Positions 1 through 11,400 of a DNA stretch of 64,000 nucleotides are shown here, piece after piece. The position numbers and the translations under genes are program-made. The notes under the pieces are model-generated. The model did not search any database, was not told where the DNA came from, and worked only from the letters and a program-made list of their open reading frames with translations. How positions within the stretch are numbered: the first letter of the stretch is position 1; each line of letters begins with the position of its first letter. Where the stretch lies: contig OZ024752.1 in NCBI GenBank assembly GCA_964016885.1, forward strand, positions 44,020,001-44,084,000, in the 5' to 3' direction. Origin of the DNA: Eledone cirrhosa. Its lineage: Eukaryota.

Positions 1-275
1 ATCTGATTTGACTTGTCTCACAATAGGACAACTCATCTAACCCATGCTAGCATGGAAAAATGGACGTTAAACGGTGATGTTGATAATGCAATACCTAAAA
101 GAAGCCAATATATATTTTAATGAAGCAATCTACCATTTCTGCCAACTTAACAACTCTCTTGTGGAAAAAATTATATTAAAATAATTATTTTAAAGTAATG
201 GTGATATTGTAATAGAGGTGACAACAAATTCATTAAAATAAAGATTAAATAATAATATAGAATATTCTGACATGC

Positions 276-459
276 CTTCAGAAGTTAACTTTTGGAGAAG
301 ACCTTTGCGAGATTTAATATAATGGCATTTCTTTGCAGTCACAGTCTGGAAATCAACTTCAATATAAGATTTTGGGGTGAGATTCCGGTCTTTAAATTGC
401 CAAAATGTTGTATCATACCCTGCTCCTAAGTTTATAATTTGGCAGTTACAGCGGGTGAG
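276..459 (-). CDS. LCMT1: LCMT1 coding exon 2 (SAM-binding motif I); gene continues left beyond the window
   Basis: After a TTTTAG acceptor it reads LTRCNCQIINLGAGYDTTFWQFKDRNLTPKSYIEVDFQTVTAKKCHYIKSRKGLLQKLTSE, in frame with exon 1. QI-x-NLGAG-x-DT and EVDF are LCMT1 signatures. The 3' boundary is probably a GC donor (AG|GCATGT). Confidence 0.9.
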
Positions 460-576
460 CTAAAAGTACACAGAAGAAGAAAATATTTTGTTCTTTAAAT
501 ATGTGAAGATTGAGGAGACCAACATTTGGTAAAGCGAAATGTATAATAACAAACTTGGAATTTTAGAGTAGAATTA

Positions 577-1221
577 AAGATTACTAATAGATCAACAAAC
601 TACCAATAGTAAAGTGTGATTACTAATAGACCGACAAACTACCAATACTAAAGTGTGATTACTAATAGACCTACAAACTGTAGTAAAGTGTGATTACAAA
701 TAGACCTACAAACTGTAGTAAAGTGTGATTACTAATAGGGCTACAAACTGTAGTAAAGTGTGATTACTAATAGGGCTACAAACTGTAGTAAAGTGTGATT
801 ACTAATAGGGCTACAAACTGTAGTAAAGTGTGATTACTAATAGGGCTACAAACTGTAGTAAAGTGTGATTACTAATAGGGCTACAAACTGTAGTAAAGTG
901 TGATTACTAATAGGGCTACAAACTGTAGTAAAGTGTGATTACTAATAGGGCTACAAACTGTAGTAAAGTGTGATTACTAATAGGGCTACAAACTGTAGTA
1001 AAGTGTGATTACTAATAGGGCTACAAACTGTAGTAAAGTGTGATTACTAATAGGGCTACAAACTGTAGTAAAGTGTGATTACTAATAGGGCTACAAACTG
1101 TAGTAAAGTGTGATTACTAATAGGGCTACAAACTGTAGTAAAGTGTGATTACTAATAGGGCTACAAACTGTAGTAAAGTGTGATTACTAATAGGGCTACA
1201 AACTGTAGTAAAGTGTGATTA
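577..1221. repeat. 35-bp minisatellite, about 17 copies
   Basis: AACTGTAGTAAAGTGTGATTACTAATAGGGCTACA in tandem, homogeneous, with degenerate left-edge copies. Confidence 0.95.
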
Positions 1222-1366
1222 ATATCCAAGACAAAAATTGAAATTGTGGTGAGCCAAATGTGTGACATTAATTTGAATTCTAGCTGAGAAAGACAAACCC
1301 CAATTGAAAATGTGTTGTTTGTTCACAGGATGTGAATATTCTCCTTGTGTTATCTACTGATAGTAA

Positions 1367-1486
1367 GAAGGCTTATCTATAGGTTTACCACGATTCTCAG
1401 TTGTGGCAAATATCTACATGGAATACTTTGAGGAAATGGCTTTAAGGATGACATCACTTAAACCAACCATGTGGTTGAGATATGTA
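1367..1486 (+). mobile_element. Penelope-like element reverse transcriptase fragment
   Basis: EGLSIGLPRFSVVANIYMEYFEEMALRMTSLKPTMWLRYV resembles the PLE RT region G-x-x-MGSP-x-S-x-x-x-ANIYME...W-x-RYVDD. It is truncated at a (TAA)n tract. Confidence 0.75.
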
Positions 1487-2539
1487 TAATAATAATAATA
1501 ATAATATCTCGGGCATGGACAATCCAATGAGTGAGTTTGTTGTTGAGGATCTTCAGCAAGTCATACCAACCCTAAAGCTCCTCGGATTTAAGATCAACCC
1601 GTCTGGACCAGGGCTCAGCTAACACTGAAAGATGCTGTCTACCTTTTGGGCTCTCCAATCCTCCCCCAAACCACACAAGGGTGCCTGGGTACCAAGCATG
1701 CAGCCCCAATAAGAATGACGGAACGATTGCGCCTAATCGTGCTGCACCTAGCACTCTTCATACCCGAGAATGTGTAAATGTAAAACAACTCCTGTTCCAG
1801 TTCTTTTCTTGAGGTATATAATTAAAGAAGCATGACATCTGCCAAATGTTATGTTAAATCAACTAATTATATTGCAGAAAAAGTAAGGAAGATCTGATAT
1901 TACTGACTAACCGGTCCTGTTTATAACTTCTAACATTTTGTGACTACAATCGTATATGATTCTTCCAACTGAAGCTTCGTCTCGTTGACACTTGCGATGA
2001 CAAAAGTACATCTTCTTTGTTATTTCAACAAGTTTTAACAAAGTGAAAGTAGTAGGTAATAGTCAAAGTCCGTTCTTATATTGCCAGGCCAAATAAACAA
2101 ACATGTTTACTATCTCGTTTGGATTGTAAGCGATGAAGTATAAAATTTAAGTCTGAGAAAATGTTGCCTATTATCGATTAAAAAATAGATAGAACTTTTC
2201 AGTGAATGAGGATCAATATTTTAAGCAAGTAAACATGAAAGATACTATTAAAAAATACGAAAACCAAATTCCAAAATCGAAAGCGGCTTCCCCTTATAAT
2301 AATTATTTTAAATAGTATTTCACTATAATATCCACATATAATGTTGAAAATAACTCAAAGCTTTAGTATTTGTTTAACATTATTTACTGATAATAGTAAC
2401 TAGTTTAAATCTGATGTGAAGGTTGATATAGCAGGAAGCTCTAGCATAACTGAATTATATCTCAACATTTATTGATGAATTCAAATCGATTTAAAAAAAT
2501 GAATAATCTTAGGTGGTTCTTTGTTCAATATAAACTAAC

Positions 2540-2740
2540 CTTAAGAAACTTTTCAAGCAGAAGATGAATTCCTTTTACACGGGCATAGTAACCTCGGCTT
2601 ATCTCCGGAGTGTGTGATTCCGAGCCACGCATCGATAACAAAGATATGTAAGGGTCAACCCAATAGCCCTTATCTACAGCAAAACGCTTACATTGAGAAG
2701 CGTCATCGTTTGTGGTCATAACAGCTTCGTCGCTATTCAT
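2540..2740 (-). CDS. LCMT1: Leucine carboxyl methyltransferase 1 (PP2A methyltransferase), coding exon 1
   Basis: MNSDEAVMTTNDDASQCKRFAVDKGYWVDPYI...PEISRGYYARVKGIHLLLEKFLK matches the LCMT1/PPM1 N-terminus (T-x-x-DAS-x-CKR-x-AV-x-x-GYW-x-DPY; PEI-x-RGY-x-AR). ATG at 2740, phase-0 GTTAG donor at 2539. Confidence 0.93.
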
Positions 2741-3264
2741 GATAGTTAATTATTTAAATAAAGTAACAAAACACGATATTTGCAACCATAGTGTAATAAG
2801 TCGCTGAGAGTTATCTAACTTGATTTCTTGCCAAATTTGTCGTTACTGCATTAAAATATGGAAGCCTGTAAGGATAATAAATCACATTTACTCTTAAAAG
2901 TATCGTTAAATATGTACAATAACAAGCAGTGAAATTGTCCTGTCACAACACATTATTCAGCTTTTAAAATTGCTTAAAAAAAAAAGAGCGTTGAAAGCAT
3001 AGGAAATCGTATTTTGTTTCAGGATTACCTAAAATGGAAATAAATTTTAGCTGACCGGAAGCTTAAATTTACTAAACTGTCACAAATAACATTAGTTTCA
3101 AGCCAGCTAATATTCCATAAAATTAAATAGTCCTAACTATATAATTCTTATGCTAAAATTAATTTTCAAAAATCTATTAGACTGTCATTGGGGTATTATC
3201 ATCAATTATTATCATTAAAACTATCCATAGTTTTGTCCTAATGAAAATACCGCGGGAAAGAAAT
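2741..3264. promoter_or_regulatory. Probable bidirectional promoter and 5' UTRs shared by LCMT1 and POLD3
   Basis: Only 524 bp separate the two divergent start codons. The region has no recognisable repeats and retains several CpGs. Confidence 0.7.
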
Positions 3265-5363
3265 ATGGCGTCGAAGTCAAGTGTTGATACAATGTATCTG
3301 GATAATTTAGACGAATATATCAATGATGAAAACAAAGTTGTAAGTTTAATTCTGCTGTATGTCTCTAATTTAAATATACTTTTACAATCTGTTGTTTGTT
3401 GTTTTAAACTTCACGTAAACACTTCAGATCGCCACAAATTTGTTTAGAAAAATACTTCGGCGTAGAAAGTAACACTATTTTTATGTATATTTTCGCTTTA
3501 AATAGACAGCAATTGACATACTTAATAAAATGAAAATAAACGTTGCCTGGTTGATCTGGATGTGTGAATTGCGATTGATTTATTAGTAAAAGAAAAGGAA
3601 ATGTCACAATATTAATGGACACCAGTTTCACGTATTTGCAGGAATGTAATAAAACAAAATGTGAGGAGGATATGTGAAATACATAAGCCACATCTTGTTA
3701 TATATCTACAATTAAACAGTGTGGTGTGTATAAAGTATAAATATCAACAACCTTTACCTCAGCCATATCCAGACAATGTCACAGAACGATCTCCGGCGTC
3801 TACAACGCCATATTGTGCCGATGTAGAATTAACCATTGCCATTCTGTTGCTTATAAATATTCTAAGTTTGATAGTTCTATGTCTACTACTCCTACATTTC
3901 ATACCCAGAACAGATTATATGTACAGGAGTCTAGCAGAGGCTCCCAGTTACCTCATCTTACTTCTTCAACACAGCATACATACATCTACCCAGCTTTGCT
4001 TAAGCATCTCTACAATTTTCCCAGCTCTACCCTTTAGTGTACTTTAGAAAGGTAACCATGGAATGTGTTACCTCACGGTAGTGGTTGTTAGCTTTCTGCA
4101 GGGTTGGATTTAGACGTTAGGTGGGAGGAGGACCTCCATACACAGCAAAGCCCACCCAATTTTACATATCAAAGTTAGTTCGCACAAGTAATTGAAATTG
4201 AAAAGTTATACATACAGGTATTAAATTCAAAAATTCTAACCATCCTAAAACTGAAAAGCCCAGGTGAAGGCACAAATAAATTGCTACAGCCCCCCCAAAT
4301 TGCATGGAGGCCATGACAATTCCCCCCCCCCCATAAAATTCGGCCCTGACACCCCCCCCCCCCCAATAAAATTCGGCCCTGTCTGAAAGGGGAAGTGACT
4401 GTGATTGTTTGATGATGGGTCATTGGATTCTCTCACATAGCTAGGTCTGCCACCACACTACCATACATAGAACTAGCAAGATTAATGTTAATCTTGTACT
4501 ATTATTAAGTGGATTGGCAGTATCGGTAGAGGGTCGGACGCCATGCTTTCCAGCATAGTTACGTCCCTTTATGATCTGAGTTCAAATCCCGCCGAGGTTG
4601 ACTTTGCCTTTCATCCTTACGGGGTTGATAAAATAAAGTACCAGTAATGCACTGGGTAATTGCTGGCCTTGTGCCTAAAGTAGAAACAATTATTAATGTG
4701 TATGTTATAAGTTGTGCTTTTAATAATATGGCAGGGTTTTTCTGGCTGGATGCCTTTCTTATTTATTTAAATAAACATTTAAAAAAATTCTTCTGCTCCT
4801 AGGTGACGTACCGATGGTTAAGTTCTACATTACAGGTACATGTGAATCAAGCTAAACAGTAAGTATTATTTTGTCAGAGATAAATTGTAAATAAAATATT
4901 TTGAGGTAATTGTTTAAAATAAAAAATACCATAGCTATTTATCTTTAGCTGATCATTTTATGATGTTCTGGTTGGTAGCAGGAAATTCATTAAAATGATG
5001 ACAAAACAGGAACTGCATATAACTATATAAAATATATAGGCTTGTAATAAAAGAGGCAGTAAAAATAAACCAACAACATTTCTGAATATGAGAATGTGAG
5101 AGTCTGGAAACAGGGACAAAATTGGGGATCTATGATGATGATCATTGGCAAAAGAAGTGCCAAGAAATCCAAGTAGAAGGAAGATGCAGTAGAGGGAGGC
5201 CAAGGAAGACCTGAACAGAGGTTGTGAGAACTGATCTCAAGTCAGTGAAGCTCACTCGATGACAAATGACTGATGATTTGAAAGATACTGTGCTAGGAAA
5301 GGCTCGTCCAACCCATGGAAGCATTGAAAAGTAGACATAAAACAATGATGATGATGAATATAT

Positions 5364-5407
<44 letters not shown>

Positions 5408-8400
5408 TCATATATATATATCATTATATATATATATATACATACATGTATATATAGACACACACACATTTTGGTAATTACACTATCTTGTTTCAACTGT
5501 GTATATATTTGTATTTTTCTTTATTGGTAAGTTCTTTGGAATCTATGGTAACTTTAATTGATTAAATATCCCATACAATACTAAGATGGATGAATTATTT
5601 ACAATATTCAATTTTGTCCCTCATGTTTTGAAGTTCAAATCCCCTGGGGTTGATTTGCGCTTTGTAATTTTTATCTGTTTAATAATTAAAGTAAATTTAT
5701 ATGATGAAATTGACTTAATTAATTATACAGCACTTTAGAAAAGTTGGCTTTGTACCTAGACAAAAGGATTGAATATTTTATGTTTTATATTTCAATTGAT
5801 AAAAAAAATTCTTTATTTGTTACAAGATTCTATCTAAAAAGCCAGTCTCTTGTTCAATATATTTCTGACAGTAATGTAGGACTGTCTCAAGGGAGATAAT
5901 TTGTAAAGCACGAGTTTTCAGTTTCATTAGCAATATATGTATAGGGTGATGGATTGGCAGAATCGGTAGAGCGTCAGACAAAATGCTTTGCAGTGTGGAG
6001 TTATGGCCTATTACGTTCTGAGTTCAAATCCAGCTGAGGTTAATTTTGCCTTTCATCTTTATGGGGTCAATAAAATAAAGCACCAGTAATGCACTGGGGT
6101 AATTGCTGGACTTGTGCCTAAAGTAGAAACAATTATTATATGAGGTTTTATAATTTATTATTTTTCTTCTAGAAACAATGCTAATGGTTTTGTTATCTTT
6201 TCTCAGGATGTTGTTCAATTTTGTGGAGAAACAAAGGAGTGAAAAAGATAGCGACTGTTTTTGTGTCACCTATTTTGTAGCAGGGGTATTGAATAAAAGT
6301 AAAGATGAAACTAAGGTAAGGATTAATTTGTATCGTTTGCTCACAAGAGCAGGCACCATCGGTTTTATGTCTACATTGTCCATGCTAGCATGAGACGATG
6401 TTTTACAGCCAGATACCATTCCTATTTTAGTCACCTCTTATGACATGCAAGGATTCAGTGTATTCTAAAAGCTTATTTAACAGAAAATATTGCAAAAATT
6501 AGATAAATAATTGTTTTAAACAACAACTTAGATTTGTAGGGAATAGCAAACAAAATTGTGTGACGTTTTTTCGAACTATATTTGGAGAGAATTGTTGAAA
6601 TTGGAAGAAATTAGTTGTTAGAGTTTCTGTCTTTATTCAGTGGTGTCTCTCATCATCATCAATATATACACATTCCTCTTATACTGAGATTTTGTTCTCT
6701 CAGCTCATTTACACTCATCTGTTCATCTTCTCTAACATTACACACCCAGTAGATCTGTGATAGAGATTTTATTTGTTTTCAGGTGGTTTTTTGTAGTGTG
6801 GTTCCTGAAGAAAAACTGGAAACTGTCAAAGGTTCTCTTCACCAATTATACAGTTGTCATATATACAGTGTTCAAAAGTCTAAATTAAAGGTATGTATAT
6901 TTTATGTTTACTAAGGAAAGAATTGTCCCTCTGTGTTTTTGATTTTCTGACTTAAACCTCACAACCATATCAATGCTTGTTATTTGTATCAAAATACGTG
7001 TTTGTCATTGTCTATACGGTGAAGGTGATGGTTTTGTGGTTAGATGTCCTGATATTACAATAAATTTATTACTACAATATGTTTCATTGTATATTTTTTT
7101 TATTTTTTAGGATTCCAGTGTACTGTATATTACAGATTATCAAATACAGAAGGAAAGTCTGATTGAATCATCCAGGTTTGATGTTAAACTTATTATTCCT
7201 TACTTGAATGAATGTCTTTCTTTTGCTATCATCATCATCATCACCATTTAACCCTTTAGTTACCAACCTGGCCAAAATCAGCTCTGGTTCTATGAAATAA
7301 AACCACCCATTTTAAAGGTTTCCAATTTAAATTAAAATCTTCCAACATAATTTTATATAAGGGTATACAACTGTAGAATCCAGCCTCACAAAATATCTCA
7401 TCCAACTCCTGTGAACGTGGAAAAGGGGATTGATGGTGATGATGGTAAACTGGAATTGCTCCTCCTCTACAGAATTTAGATCTGTGTCAATAATTTGGCT
7501 ATCTAATATTCATTCCTTTCAAGAATTCCAAGAGTTTAAAAGACTGGTTTTTAATTCCAATTTGCATAGCATTGAGTATATAAGATAAATCCCCCTGGCT
7601 AGGATGGTAGTCTCTTCATAGATAACACTTTCTAGAATAACCGGTACTTATTTTTAAACTAGATAAACTTGTAACAAGTAGAATGAAATCTTTAGCATGG
7701 GATTTGGATTCATGATGAAAGAGTGAAAACTTCAAGATTCCAAAACTCTTGACCATTCTGTCATAGTTTGATGTGGTACAAGAACATATTGACATGTCTG
7801 AAATGTGGAGGGGTTGTCAAACTATGACAGAACAGTCAAGGGATATCTCTTGACCATTCTATTATAGTTTGACAAACCCGTCATATTTCAGACATATTGT
7901 GTTTCTACCACAAGACAAATAAAGAGGTATATTAATTCGATTTTTACTGAGTTTTGTTTGTTTTCAGGTATAGTGCTATCAAATATGAAGCAGCTCAAGA
8001 GATACAAAAGGAAGTTAAAACTGAGAATAGTCAACTTAATTCACCTTCAAAAGTTAGTATCTTCATCTTTTATTGAATTTTTCTATTATATTGTCCAGGT
8101 CATAAATTGTTTGTTTCATTGATAGGTTTTATTGAAATGGTGGTGTTTTTTAGCAGGATTCTAATTCTCTGAGAGGAGGTACCCTGGTTTACTTTCATAG
8201 TGTTTTTTTCCTAAATCTAGTTTAGATGTATTATACATATACTGTTCCAATAGAGTTTCTGTTATGAAGTGACTAAAGTCTGTCCTAAGCCAGAAAGTTC
8301 GTTAGGTCGGTGTTTATCCTGGTTTTATGTCACCAACACGGTCACTTTAGAGTGTTTCGGCCTGTCCTCGTGGGAGATGTATGGCAGGGTGGGGTGCTTC

Positions 8401-11400
8401 CTACTGTATATATGCTTCATCTTCGGCCTGTGCCCGTGGGAAGTGGGGTCTTCTGTATTACTACATAATGCCAGAGGTCTCGGTCTTGTGTCATCACCTT
8501 TGAGAGTTACAATTCGGCAAGGTCAGCTTTTATCACTTCATCCCAAGTCTTCTTGGGTCTCCCTACTCCAAGGCTTCCATCAACTTTGAGCACTCTGCGC
8601 CTTTTTATGCAGCTGTCATCCTTCATATGCATCACATGTCCATACCAACGCAATCTCCTCTCCTACACTCAGCATTTGAAATAGGGCAAGAAAAATGTTA
8701 GAAAGAAACCTTCCAGATGAAATAACATTGGACCAACCTAGAGAACATGGTTGTTCTGAATTTAATCTGATTGCATGGCACCTTGAACAAGTTTGATAGG
8801 TGGTTTGATAACAAAAGGAGCTTCTGGCAAGAATCAATATTTCTGTGACTCCATATTGATTTTGATTTCTTCGACAGGTGTCTGATGAAAAATCCATTAA
8901 AACAAATGGCAACAACAACAGCAGCAACAATAACAACAGCAGCAGCAGCAGCAGCAACAACAACAACAACAATAGCAGCAACAGTTCCAAGAATTCAGTT
9001 AAGAAGTCGGTAATTGCTGGAATGTTTGCCCAATGTAATAAGAATATTCCATCCAAAAACACATCAGAGGAGAACAATAAGAATTGTGAATCTAAAAAGG
9101 AACCAGCAGTGAAAAAGGAGAAGGTTAGTAGAAGTTTCAGTTGAATATTGTTGAGCATACTTCGATGGATATGTGATGTTAAATACATAAACAGCAAAAC
9201 ATGGATGGGCTGAGAGAAAAACTGGATATAAGGGGAATCAGATGTAGTTATTCAAGAGAGAAAACTGTGCTTGTATGGATATGTGAAGCATATGGATGGT
9301 GATTGCAGGGTTTAAGAAGTGTCAAAAGTTCCCAGTTGAAAGAAGCTGGCACTTCTTCACCGAGCAATCATTGTCTATATATATATATCACATGTCCATG
9401 CCAACACAGTCTTCTCTCCTACACACCACCTCAGATCCTTTTAAACCCAGCTTCTCTCTCAGTTCATCCAAGCTATGCCTTTCTTTCACATTTACATTGT
9501 ACATCCAATGGAGCATGGTTGCTTCATTTCTCTCCAGTCTACATGTCTTCTGCAGTTACAGCCCATGTTTCACTACCATGTAGCATTGCACTTTACATAC
9601 AAGCGTCATACAGTTGTCCTTTTGTACCTAGAATAAATCTGCTGTGTATTGTTATGTTAGAAACATTAAAATCAGTTTTGGTTTTGTGAAAGTTGATTGA
9701 ATCATTATCAATAACTATTTCCAGGTATCAAAGAAATCTCCAGGTGTGTTGTCTTTCTTTAATTCTGCAGGTAACTATCAATTTTCATTTGTATTTTGTG
9801 CCAATCCTGTAAGGTTTTAAGTGTCTGATGTTACAGGAAATAAAGTGTGTGCATTAACTATTGACTTATAAGTGGCTGAGCATTCCACAAACACACGTAC
9901 ACTTAACGTAGTTCTCAGGGAGATTCGGTGTGACACAGAATGTGACAAGGCTGGCCCTTCAAATTATAGGTACAACTCATTTTTGCCAGCTGAGTGACCT
10001 GGAGCAACGTGAAGTAAAGTGTCTTGCTCAAGAACACAGTGCGCCACTGGGAATCGAACTGACGACCTTATGATTGTGAGCTGAATTCCCTAACCACAAA
10101 GCCACACACCTACATTATCCAATGTGTGTTTCCTTCTTAAAGGTCTTAACTCATATTCATTGCTATTGTAAACTGTTTATATTTTAATGGGAATTATATT
10201 GAACTAGATAAGGCCAAAGTCTTCCTCCTTCTGTCACACACTCACACGCACAGTCACACACATACACACAATCACATTCACACTCACACACACTCTCTCT
10301 AAACAAATGACATTCCTTTTCTCTCTCTATGTACATCTCTTTTACCCCCCCCCCCCCTGTGTATATGAGGGTGACGTCCCAACTTTCTGTCACCTCAAAA
10401 ACACACGCCATTCCCTCTTGTTTCTCTATTTCTATATCTCTTGCTTGGCGCTCCCCCTCTCAATATAAAGATATAAAGTGAGTGTGACAGACAGACAGCG
10501 CTGTTATAAAGTTGCCATATTATATATCATAATTTACATTTTCTTTCAGCAAAAACAGAAAGTTTTGTTATGAAATCAGAAGATACAAAATCATCTGTAA
10601 AAACCTTGAATAATCTGGAGTAAGTTGTTTAGTTACATACTAAAATACTGGTTTAGTTAGATACTAAAATACTGGTTTAGTTAGATTAGTGTTGAGAGAA
10701 AGAAAGTAAACTACTACTACTACTACTACCACCACTACTTTTGTTCTCCTGCTGAGGTCAACTTTGCCTTTCATCCTTTCGAGGTTGATTAAAAAAAGTT
10801 CCAGTCAAGTACTGGGGTCAATATCTATTTCTCACTTCCTCTCTTTCGCGGTTTCTATCCTTTTCTGGAAGAATTCTGTTGTATTCAAACCTGGAGAAGA
10901 GATGGGCTTCTCTGAGTTTTTAAAAATGCCCTAGAAACGCCGTAAGTCAATATGGCGCCCATTCGACTCCCTCAGGAGTTATGGGACTTTGCATACCCTG
11001 CATAAAATGTATTAATAACAAACTGATCTCACTGTAGGAAGTTCTGCTTGTAATTTAACCATCTGCCATTAGTGGTATAAACTACTACAGATTGCATTCA
11101 CTAGGAAGTAAAACTTGGAAGTATGTACCATGATTTTGATGAGGGTTTTATGTTCCTATAGACTTACAAGCAGATTCAAACATCATCTTCACTCTCCTTC
11201 CCATCATCCAGCAGAACATCCAGAATATGTCAGCTGGAAAGCGACAGAGCTGTATCAGCACAAGACAACTATCACATTCTGTATCAATCCCTAAATGATG
11301 AAAGGTGAAATGAATCTTGGTGGGATTTGAATTCTTAACAATTTTATCAAATCGACTGCCAGAAGTTTTGTTTTTTAAAAATGTTTTTATTTTCTCTTAA

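Noticed and set aside
577-1221. 35-bp repeats of CRISPR-like length
   Set aside because: Head-to-tail with no spacers, no cas genes, and located in a eukaryotic intron.
3241-3264. Upstream in-frame ATG for POLD3
   Set aside because: ATG 3265 (AATATGG) has better context and fits homologue length. The upstream start, or the later ATG in DTMYL, cannot be excluded.
4510-4595. tRNA-like A and B boxes
   Set aside because: SINE heads with no complete cloverleaf, so no tRNA gene was called.
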